Shown: positions 46,401 through 56,211 of the stretch, one piece after another
Numbering within the stretch: the stretch's first letter is position 1
How the letters are laid out: each line of letters begins with the position of its first letter
Assembly (NCBI GenBank): GCA_905178155.1
Contig: CAJINV010000009.1
Coordinates: 2,395,373 to 2,459,372, forward strand
From: Amoebophrya sp. A120
Taxonomy: Eukaryota; Protista; Dinoflagellata
Direction: 5' to 3'
DNA: 64,000 bases
Program-made: the position numbers and the translations under genes
The notes under the pieces: generated by a model
What the model was told of the DNA's origin: nothing
What the model saw: the letters and a program-made list of their open reading frames with translations, nothing else
Database searches by the model: none

Positions 46401-49400
46401 CCATCGATGCCCAGGGAATCTCGTACCGCCACAAATCATCACAGAGCCCAAACCTGCACTGCATCGCCGCCCCGCCGTACATGTACATGTACTGCCGTCG
46501 CACGTTATCTGGATCGGAGGCCCGGGTGTAGATGACCAGTTGCGACGCGTGGGCGTACCGGGCAGTGGGTGTCCCAACCATGTTGGTACTGGTGTCCGAC
46601 TGCGACGTGTCAAATTTCATGAACTGCCACTGGTGCCGCACTATGCAGCGCAAAAGTGTCGCACTCGTATAAATGCATTACAAAAAATTTTCTCAGCATG
46701 AAAGATAAAATTTGTATATGCGGATTTACCTTGAGAAAGAGATTTGTAATGCAAGACTTGCATTTATACGAATACGATACTTGTTTTGCAGTTCATACGC
46801 ACCGTGTCGTACCGCCAGAGTTCGTCGGTCGCGAGCTCCAAACAGGACCGCAGCTCCCGCCGCCCGTGCCCCTTCTCCGGGTCCGCCGGCTGGGGAAAAC
46901 TTGGCGGGTCCTCGAAGGCGCCCTTGTTTATCCATTGCAAAAGCATCGCATTCGTATTTAAATGCCAGTCTTGCATGACAGATGTACTTGCTATACCTGA
47001 ATCTGCATGACAAGTTGCATGTTTTCTTCTGCAAAAATTTGCCATGCTATTTCTACCAGTACGATACTCTTGCAATTCATATTGTCCATGAATTTGCAGT
47101 TGTGCCAGATCAGCTCCGACTGCACCCCAACCTTGTTCGGATCTGTGTCCTGCACTATCCCCGGTAGATACGCGGAATTCAACATCTCTTCCCCGCCCGG
47201 CTGGTGGTACCAGCTAGGGCGGTCCGGGTACTTCGGAAACGTGTAGTCGTGCACGTAGGTCCGGCCGCCGAAAACCAGTAGCTGCGTTCGGTCAAAGGGA
47301 ACCTCCGTCCCCGTCACGTCGTGGGTGCGCATGCACATTCTTCTAGATTTGCAGCACGACGGCGGGCAGGTCATGTGCGTGTTTTCCAACAGCGGCTCAA
47401 ACTCGCCGTCATCGTTGTCCGTGAAAAACGCCGTACGGAAAAAGTAATTCCCGCGGACATCCTGCCGCGCGAAGTACGCATCCACACCGCCCAGGCAGGT
47501 CAGGTTGTAATATCACAGGAAAAAGTGTTGTTAACGTCAACGGAATTCGAATTTGTGATGCAGTAATGCATCACAAAGCGAAAACGTGCCCAAGTTTGTC
47601 ATGCATAGCATGCATACTAGGCAAAATCTGTCATGCATATCTGCAACCTAGGAAAACCGTTAACGTTAACACTTTTTTGTTGGATATGTAATGGCACACG
47701 TTCATGTCGTCGAGACACAGCTCCGGCGACTGTAGAGGTTCGCCGGCGCAAAGTATCAAAAGTGAAAATGTCTGGGTCTGGAAACTTGTGATGCTGGGTG
47801 GCGTCTCATGATGAGGCTACAGATGCTGGCTTAGCATGACAAGTTTCTGAGCTCCTAGGTGTTGCCTATTCTGCATGACAAACTGCGCTTCTGCATCACA
47901 GAAAAGCAGAGCTCTTGGGTAACGTGCATGACAGAATTTGAATTAAGAGGCATGCCAGACAAGCATGACAAACATGAATTCTTCCAGACACAGACATTTT
48001 TACAGTTGATACAAAGATTCAAGTACGCTTCGTAGTGGGACCAGGTTCGGTACCAGTATAACAGTGCGCAACCCCCCCTGCCCCTCATTTGCCATGCAAA
48101 ATCCCAAATCCAGCTGCTGCCTTCCTTCTCCTTGTAGCATTCTTTGCGTGACAAATTCTGGAAGCCCAAATAACAGTACTACAATCGGCGCATGAACTTG
48201 CCATGCTCAGCCTCCACGCGTCTTGATGTTTCTATTGCTGTTCATGCCATACAAATGGGCGGGAGGGCAAGTTGTGCACTGTCGTAACCAGATCATGCTG
48301 TGCATAAACCGCCCTGACGGGGCGATCGGAATGAACCAACAGGAGGTCCCGGTCTTGCAGTCATTGACGTAGCGCCAGTCTTGTTGCGGGTAGTGGGTCA
48401 CGGACCAAAGTGACGTCTCCTTCACGACCGGCTTGAGCAACCTATTGGATCCTCAAGCGTCACACTCTCAACTGCGTCATGAATTAGTCATGCAAAACTA
48501 CCATCATCATCCACACGATCACGCTGCTTCGCATGACAAATTTGCGAAGGCCTAAACTACAGCCGAAATTCGTAATGCTACAGGTGCAGCTTCGCCCCTT
48601 ACCCTTTTACTTTTGCCATTCTTGCATTACAAATTCGCGTAACAGTTGAGAATGTAACTGGTTTGAGAACGGCATACAACCCAGTCACCGGATCGTACTT
48701 TTCCAACCACGTGTAGTTTGCCTCGCCCAATTGCAGCTCGTACCTGTCATTTGCAAAAGTTGTATCGCACCTAATCGCATTGATGCATGACAAATCTAGT
48801 CTCCTACTTGATGAATCTGCATGACAAGTCCCATTTTTCTTCTTGAAAAAGTTAAAGTTTGTCATGCGATTTATACATGAAATGCGATACTGCTTCTGCA
48901 ATGCATAGTACCCGTTCGCGACCGATTTGATTCCGTCCTGCCAGGCGATCCGGCGGGTGAGAATGAAGTAATTCAGCTTGTAGTCCGTGATGTGGCTTGG
49001 GTATTCATACACCGTGTGTTTCACGGTCGCGCAGTATGCAATACAAATTTCTCGTACATGTGCAAAGTGCATCACAAATTTCACCAATTTGGGGTGTAAC
49101 ACTTGTCATGCTAAACTGGGATCGAAGCCCATTTTTCTTTTTGTCATGCAGTGCCTGCGTTTGTACCTGTACCGGAAATTTACTGTGGATACGCAACCCT
49201 TCATCTTGATTTTTTTCTCCTGACACACCGGAATCAGTTGGTGCTGGGTCAAAATGCCGGGGGAAATGTCCATCATGTAGGCAATATCCCACGAAAAACG
49301 TGTTACAGTGACACACTTCTTGCTGATGTAACTTCAGCATCACAAGTTTTCTCCGCATGACAGAGAAAACTTGCAATGCAAAGATCATAAGGGAAAACTG

Positions 49401-51629
49401 GAAGGAAACGACAACGAGGCTCCAAGTCCAAAGCATTTCCTGCATGAGAGACGTTGTCTGTTTTGCCAGTTTTGCAACACAATGCGTAACTGTAACACTT
49501 TTTTCTTCCCGTAGGCGATCTCCATGCTCCAGTGCCGGTTCGGGATGTGACAATGCACAACTCCCCCTCCCGCTCAACATTTGTGATGCAAAGTACCAAA
49601 TTGAAACCTTGCTCGCAAGCGCTGTAGGCATGACAAGTTTTGGAACCTGAAATTGTACTACAATCCGCACGCAGATTTGTCATGCGGGCGCCCCATTTCT
49701 GCTGTTGCTTGTATTGCTGTTCTTGCCATACAAATGAGGGGGATGGGGGAGTTGTGCACGCTCATACGGGGTCTTCACGTTGAACAAATCATCTGTCAAC
49801 TCCGCGAGCGGATCTAGCGTCCCGGGGATGATTTCCGGCACGTATTGCGTCAACGGGCTGGACAGCTGAAACCGTCGGTGGAGTAACTGCAATAACGAGA
49901 TCCAAACCCGACCGACGACGTGCAGTCTCGCTCTCGGTTTCAAAGTCGTCCCGTCCGCTTCGAATTTGTTGGTCGCAAAATTCGGCGTCCCCGCGGCGTC
50001 AAGGAAGGGTTTGTCTGGATTCAGCGCTTTCGCGGCGTCTATGATTACGTACTTGTTGTCCGTCGTTCACTATGCATTGCAAAAATGTCTAGGTGTGGAA
50101 AAGTGGAACTTGTGTTGCATGTCTTGCATTCCTGAAAAATCTGTGTTGCACAGCCAGCAACAAAGGCGCTACTTTTTCGTCCTGCAAAAACGCAGTTTGT
50201 CATGCCTGCTACGCATCAGACGGCGTCAAGTATACTTGTCATGCTTGGCTGCTCTTGAGAGCGCCAGTCTTATCCAAACTGTAGCATCACAAATTTCCAG
50301 ACCCAGACATATTTGCATTTGATATTCGCTCCCCGGTGATGTGGATCCCGGGCGCGACCCACTGCGGATTTGGATATGCAATAGAAATATCCTGTACATG
50401 TACAAGATGCATCACAAATTTCACCAATTTGGAGCATAATAAAACTTGTCATGCTAAACTAGGATCGAAGCCGAGTTTTGTCATGCAGAGACCGCGTTTG
50501 TATGTGTACGGGAAAGTTACTCTGGATATCGGAAGTTTCCCGTCCATAAAATCTTCCCCGGTCGGCACGTCGAGGAGCCAGCGGAGGCTCGTGTCGTGCT
50601 GGTTCACGCAGACGGTAAACCTTGCTGCGGCGGTGGCTAGCGCCGGATCTAGCGTGACCGGAATGGTTGTCGTGTCTGGATACAAGAACCGGTTCGGAAT
50701 CCAGCTTGGTTTTATCGGCGCACCGGTGTTGTCAAACCGAAGGCTGTATCCTGTGCAAAAGTATCGCACTCGTATAAATGCATTACAAATTTCCTCAGCA
50801 TGATAAATAAAATTTGTAATGCAGATCTCCCTTGGAAACAAGATTTGTAATGCAAGACTTGCATTTGTACGAGTACGATACTTTTGCACAGGATAGGCTG
50901 TTGTCCAAATACGTAACCACTGGCGGCCAGACGGCCCGGGGCGTGGATTTTTCGGTACAAGCTTTGTCCTCCCAGAGTAAAGTGAATTCGGATTCGTTCA
51001 AATGGTTTGCGGGTAATGGTATGGAAGTCTCCACCTGCGGGGTTCCGGTTGTCGCGATCCACTTGCGGAGGCCGTGGGTGACCGATTTCTTCAGCTCTTC
51101 CATCGTCATCAGCCAGTCGACGGAGTTTAGCGTGTAGTTCCCCTCAATCACAGCGACCGCCTTCGCCGGGGGGACAAAGGGGTCCGGCCGTTTGGCGACC
51201 AGGGGGATGCGGAGGTGGGGGTCTAGGAGGTCTTATGCGTTGCAAATATGCCTGGGTCTGGAAACTTGTGATGCAAGAAAGGGAAGAGTGAACTCACTAT
51301 AAAAATGCGCTGCCAAGCATGACAACTTTTTTTCATGGTTCCCAGTTGCGTATTCCGCATGAGAAACTGCGATTTTGCACGACAAGGAGGAGGAGCTCTT
51401 CGCGGCCATGCAACACAGAGTTCAGAGTCATGCCAGACTAGCATGACAAATCTCGCTATCTCCCAGACCGAGACATTTTTGCATTGGATAGGTCTTGCTG
51501 CTGTTCGAAAGTGAGAGTGGTCGCGGCCGTTTTCGTCGTCGGCGCCATGGTCTGGGTCTGGGCTGCGACTTGTGGGAAAAGTTGAAGAGAGAGAAGATAG
51601 GATAGAAGACTTGGGATGATAGAGAGCAT
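40405..51629 (-). CDS. Secreted Kelch-repeat + C-terminal EGF-like domain protein; 24 introner introns and 2 GT-AG introns (45296-45416, 46203-46354)
   Basis: Signal peptide MLSIIPSLLSYLLSLQLFPQVAAQ; Kelch motifs PSGRFMHSM, PTARYAHA..MYGG..DLWRY, GRFRHSM..LFVFGG, PKARKGHSM; EGF motifs CECDTGWTGEDCS, CICVQGYEGSYCE, CSGNGVCVDGECVCDMYWVGPDCS. Confidence 0.85.
40574..40792. mobile_element. Introner family G-like (TIR AAAAAAGTGTTA.A..TAC)
   Basis: TAT...ATA, TSD cacac. Confidence 0.9.
41010..41271. mobile_element. Introner family J (variant left end TCT)
   Basis: TCT...ATA, TSD tcgcg/tcgca; removal restores EGF RCECDTGW. Confidence 0.85.
41533..41815. mobile_element. Introner family B
   Basis: TAT...ATA, TSD aaacg. 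Confidence 0.9.
41865..42020. mobile_element. Introner family C
   Basis: TAT...ATA, TSD agccg. Confidence 0.9.
42082..42388. mobile_element. Introner family D, reverse orientation relative to 25706-26013
   Basis: TAT...ATA, TSD gtcgc. Confidence 0.9.
42500..42784. mobile_element. Introner family B
   Basis: TAT...ATA, TSD acccc/accac. Confidence 0.85.
43283..43499. mobile_element. Introner family J
   Basis: TAT...ATA, TSD agctg. Confidence 0.9.
43658..43927. mobile_element. Introner family A
   Basis: TAT...ATA, TSD gatcc. Confidence 0.9.
43967..45055. mobile_element. Introner family C carrying a nested Helitron-like insertion
   Basis: TAT...ATA, TSD gaaaa. Confidence 0.85.
44088..45023 (+). 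mobile_element. Non-autonomous Helitron-like element (family 2, copy 2)
   Basis: Starts TTGCTATCTATTATATTCATGCG, ends GCTCCGGC-gtca-GCCGGAGC ATGGCTGG; A|T target; internal (ccctctcgcgcca)n expansion at ~44560-44690. Confidence 0.8.
45618..45878. mobile_element. Introner family A
   Basis: TAT...ATA, TSD cacag. Confidence 0.9.
46642..46797. mobile_element. Introner family C
   Basis: TAT...ATA, TSD cgcac. Confidence 0.9.
46929..47081. mobile_element. Introner family C (subfamily)
   Basis: TAT...ATA, TSD ttgtt/ttgtc. Confidence 0.85.
47511..47686. mobile_element. Introner family L
   Basis: TAT...ATA, TSD tgtaa. Confidence 0.9.
47754..48011. mobile_element. Introner family A
   Basis: TAT...ATA, TSD caaag. 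Confidence 0.9.
48057..48286. mobile_element. Introner family J (variant right end GTA)
   Basis: TAT...GTA, TSD accag. Confidence 0.85.
48443..48676. mobile_element. Introner family H
   Basis: TAT...ATA, TSD caacc. Confidence 0.9.
48745..48907. mobile_element. Introner family C subfamily (variant left end TGT)
   Basis: TGT...ATA, TSD gtacc. Confidence 0.85.
49035..49191. mobile_element. Introner family E
   Basis: TAT...ATA, TSD cgcag/cgcaa. Confidence 0.85.
49285..49513. mobile_element. Introner family G-like (variant right end GTA)
   Basis: TAT...GTA, TSD ggcaa/ggcga; related to 40574-40792. Confidence 0.85.
49546..49766. mobile_element. Introner family J (variant left end TGT)
   Basis: TGT...ATA, TSD cggga/cgggg. 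Confidence 0.8.
50071..50324. mobile_element. Introner family A
   Basis: TAT...ATA, TSD ttcac/ttcgc. Confidence 0.85.
50375..50528. mobile_element. Introner family E
   Basis: TAT...ATA, TSD ttgga/tcgga. Confidence 0.85.
50747..50895. mobile_element. Introner family C
   Basis: TAT...ATA, TSD ggctg. Confidence 0.9.
51234..51490. mobile_element. Introner family A
   Basis: TAT...ATA, TSD ggtct. Confidence 0.9.
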
Positions 51630-52149
51630 CTTGCGACGCTTACCTTCGAGATGAGGACGTATTGGTATTGAACTCCTGCTAGAAGTTCTCGTCTTCATCT
51701 TTACGTCCGTCGCTGCTTTTTCACTCTCCTCTCTTCTCCTCCGCATGTTCTCCTTTCTCCAACGCGAAAATATCCTCGGGCCGCACGTGCCGGAACTTAT
51801 TCCCTCGCGCAACTCAATCATGACGCTGCAGCCCGTTTTCGTGCGGCAAGCGTCACAGGCACGCTGCTATTCAAGCGTGGTTCGCTGGCTGTGTGCCTCT
51901 TCTACCATCCGAAGGGGCACCGGAGGAAACAGACGAAGGGACGAGGTAGAACAACGAAAACGGTCTGTCCCCCCGCATCTTCAATAACTAAATCACAAAC
52001 ACAATCTTGAGTTGGCGGAGCAAATACAATATTAATTCTTGTACAGGATGCATTCTTGTTCTTGGAAAAACCCTCCGTCCTCTCCGAACCAGCCGGCTGA
52101 TCATGAGTATGTGTGCGATATTAATTGATCCAGGAGGTTACTGCACAGT

Positions 52150-55100
52150 TACTCGTTGCTCACAGGAGCTTTTCTCACCACCGAGATATATTGACTTGCG
52201 TCTTTTTCTTTTCCGCCCACGCCACCCTCCGGTAAGGTTGCCTGCGCTCTATTTCAATGAATTGATCATCCTCTATCTTTCAGCGTTCTCCTGGCACCTC
52301 TCTCACTCTAACGAACAAGGGCAGAGAGACCGATAGCTCATGCGACTGAAGAGTCTGAGTTTCAATTTCAAACTCAAACGCAGCCAGCGGACGTAGGAAA
52401 ATAAATGACACACGCTCCGGGGCATAGATACATGGGCGCCCTCCCAGGCAATGGGCCCGGCACACATCGATCGGAGTGAGTGTCGGCGGCAGCAAACTGA
52501 GCGAAGCTATTCATTTGCGCCGGCAACCGGCGCTCGCTCGGTGCACGCCCGGGTGCGCGGCGGGCCAGGCGGAGCTGCGTGCGCGACTAGTCTTGCGCCT
52601 GGGCTGGCCTGCTTCAGTAAAGGCCTACCCTGTCGCCGCGGCGGCGCAGCACTTCAATGCACACAGAGGCCGCCCACCGTCCGTCCGTCGGTCCGTCCCA
52701 CCAATGCAAAGGCTGCAACCACGAAAGAAGGGCAACCCCGATCGGAGTAGGTCTGTGCCTGCGCGCACCACGCGCGGCCCTTTCCATCACCGGGCCCCCA
52801 AGGTGCCCGGCAGTGATCAGGCGGCCAAGGCGCCAAGAAAAGGCAACCCCCACCCGCCCCCCGCCAAAGATTGGCACGCCGCCCGGGCAATCATCGCGAG
52901 GACCTCGCTCGGTGTCTGCGCTGGTTTTCTTTTTTATTGGCCACGTTGTCGCATGTGATGGACGCGGCGGGCCCCGGGCGACTGGCTGCAATTCGTTGGA
53001 GGCGACGCCCACGCACTGGAACAAGCGCACGCCCGGGCGGGTTGATCTCTGCGAGAGTGCCCGCCCACCAGACACGTGCTGCACAATGATGCCGCAAGAA
53101 GGGGCGCCCTGAATGCAACGCAGGCACCATCTTCGGGAAGATGGCAGGTTCTCCCTACACTGACGCCGCGTCTTCTTTGGCGTTGTCATTGCTCATCCTC
53201 AACGTCTTGCGAGCCAACAAGCTGAGTGCGTTTCCCTATGTATAATTTTCAAGGCCGTGCTGGCAATTGTGTTCCTTTGCACTGGTTTATCGCTGCTCAG
53301 AGGTGCTTTTCGTACAAACAAGTGGATCTATTTAAGTAGTTCCTATCTACTGTTCCCTCCATATCCCTCCAGGAAACTATCCTGCGCTCTATTTCAACTG
53401 ATCAGGACGCGCAACGCCCTCTTTCATTCAATCTTGCTCCCCAGCGATAGCTCTCTCTGACACACAAGAACAGAACGACCAAAACCAGCCGGCCTCTACG
53501 ACCGCGTTGGGAACTCAACAAGGACAAACAACAGACATAAGAAAGTGGCCAGGTGCGCGCCGAGGCATACATGGGCGCCCAGGCGGTAGGCCCGGCGCGC
53601 ACGGCCACACGCACCAGACACGAAGTGGCAACAAGAATAGCTCATAGCCGTAACTGCGCCACCGGCGGCCCACACCTGGACCGACACAGAGGAGTGGCGG
53701 AGCGTGGCCGCGAGCCAGCCGACTCCTGCCACAGCAGTCTGCGTCCCCATACAGAACGTCGCCCGTGGTCGCGGCGGCGCGCCGACCATATGCCCCCAAA
53801 GGCCGACCAGCCAGCGCGCCGCCGGCCGGCGACAAACAAAGGTAGAGACCGCCGGCGGGCCCAAGCGAGCGACTACGGCACGCAGGCAGCGCAGGAGGGC
53901 CATCCGGTTGCAGGGTAACAGCCCGGGGGCCCCGAAATCGGCGCGCGCCCGCGGTCCCGCGCGCGCCGGTGCGGCGGCAAACAGCCAGGCCAACGCAACG
54001 CCGGCCGCCCACCCGGGATGGAAGAATCTGCGCGCGGCCGCCCCCCCATGGCTACCATTTCGAATTAACAAAATCGAAACCGCGCGGGCCGCTCCTCCGT
54101 TGCGGTTGGGCTCGGCGTTTCAGGCGCAACGCGCGGCCCGGCTCCCCCGACCTCACTGGCACAGGCAGGGGCGCGACACCAGGCAGCCGGCCACCTGTTG
54201 GGGGGGGGGGGCGCGCAGGCTGCTCCCTGCCACAGGCACCACAATGCGCCCCCCCATGTGTATCACCGGGACCATGCCCAAACGGGGACCAGCTCAAAGC
54301 CGGAGAGAGCGCGGCGCACAAACGCGCGAGGCGCGCCGGCCACAGCCCCGGGCGGCCCAGTATGAGAGTACCGCAAAGCCCCTCTATCCCTGCGCGCCAG
54401 GCAGGCCGCATCTCCACACACCTAGCAAAAGCCGTCTTCTGTGTCTATGTTCGCATCGAGTTCCTATCTTGGTAAATGGCGCGGACGCCAGCACCACTCA
54501 TAGTCATCTTCGCGCCCGCACACAAATATCGCTCCGTCCTCGAGGGACCACTGCTCTCAGAATGCCCTGGCTCTACCCCCTCCTCCTGTTCTCTCCTCAT
54601 AGATAGATATACCCTCTGCTCCAGGTAGATACAGAGAGATACGAAGTGGTCGCCTGCTTCATTCCGGGCAGATGCTCTCTCTGAAGAACAGGCGCTAACA
54701 AAACCACCGACCGAGCTTGTGCGAAGCGGCTTGGACTTCAAGCACAGGAGTCTACGGAAAAAAGAAAATGAGAATCACCAGCCGCCGGCGCACGGAGGCA
54801 CACACGGATGCCAACCCAGGCGGCCCGGCAAAGGCCCGCCGTGGTCCTGGAAGGTATGCACCAGAAGCGGGCTGGCGGCAACAACTCCATAAGCCTTCCT
54901 GCGCCAGTGACGACCAGCCCAGCCACACACAGACCCACGGCCGACACATGGGACGAAGCTCTGTGGTCAACTTCCCAGCCCAATCCTATCTCCCCGGGCG
55001 GCGCCAGAATACTACAAAAGTACCTACGTACCGGCACCAACGAAGGGAGGAACACCGCCGCCCCAATGGGGCGCTATCTATCTAACCAACAGCCGGCGGC

Positions 55101-55800
55101 CCCAGAAGAGAACAGCTACGCCCGGGCGCCTCTTTCGATCGTTAGCCCGCTGCGACGGCAGGCAACAAAAGAAGGCGCCGGCGATATCTGCCAGCAAATT
55201 AATACAACGGCCACGAGGCACATCGGGCGCCCGGCTTTGATCAATGGCGCGCGTTGTTGCTGTGTCGGCGCACGATTCGCGCATTGCCGCGCCCGCGCAT
55301 GAACGGCGAGGCGGGAAACTGCGCAGCCCAGTCGCGGCAGGGCTCGGCGATTGGGCGACTCAGATGCGCGGCAGGTAGTGGCGCATCTTGCGGCCCCTGC
55401 TACCACCTACCACAGACAATCGGATCAGCAGGGCGCGAGCGAGCGCCTGGGCTAGCTGCCCTCTCCCAAACGAGCGAGGCCGCGCCCCAATGCAAGCGGG
55501 ATCAATGTGAAACCGCGAGGCGCACCGGGCAAACGTCTCCTGGAAGCCACAACTGCCAGACGGGTCCTCGAATAGGACAACTCTGGGCCACCTTGGTCTA
55601 TGTTCGCGTCGCGTCTTATTTTATTTGGATGGCGCCGCCGATCTTCTCATCTACAAACGAACAAACGTCGTTCCCTGGCCCCCTGCTCTCAGAATGCCGT
55701 GGCTCTGCCCCCTCCTGTGCTTTCCTCATATAATCTCCACTCAGAGCTGATACAAACAAAGTTATCGCCTTCGTCACTCCTTCCTTCTGGTCTTTTTCTC
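52150..55800. repeat. Degenerate tandem array with a ~1.13-1.15 kb period (pyrimidine-rich block + GC-rich block), ~3 units
   Basis: cctgcgctctatttcaa at ~52241 and ~53381; atacatgggcgccc at ~52428 and ~53567; gttcctatct at ~53340 and ~54460; tctatgttcgc and ctgctctcagaatgcc at ~54444/54551 and ~55597/55683. Confidence 0.55.
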
Positions 55801-56211
55801 TAGCAGAAATGAAAAGTAAAGGCGATCAAATTATGAAGGGGAGCAAGATCTGCCATTCGCATTCCCGACCTGTTCCTTCATTCGGCGAGAACTTGACCTT
55901 TTCTTTCACCCTCACTCTCCGTAACTAATCTTCTCCCATCTATCTCTCGCTGCTGAACAAAGTCATTGACAACGTACCATCTTGACGAGGACCAAACAGT
56001 TCCAGTAACCTCCTTTAGATCCAAAGCACCTGCTTAGGCCGGAAACGAAACACTAATTCAAGTTCAACATCTTACACCATCGAAGAAAGAGTGCACTACC
56101 TACGGTAGAGGTTTCAAAATCAGGTTCGGCAATAAGCAAAGCAAAATGAAATGGAAATGGTCGCTCAACTCATGATACATTCCCTGCTCCTGCCAGATGA
56201 CTCACAAAATC

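Noticed and set aside
17202-51233. Nucleosome-like periodicity of exon lengths between introners
   Set aside because: Exon lengths range from ~30 to >800 nt with no periodicity visible by eye.
52451-55733. Numerous overlapping ORFs up to 300 aa
   Set aside because: GC-rich repeat region open in many frames with low-complexity Arg/Ala/Pro products; no gene supported.
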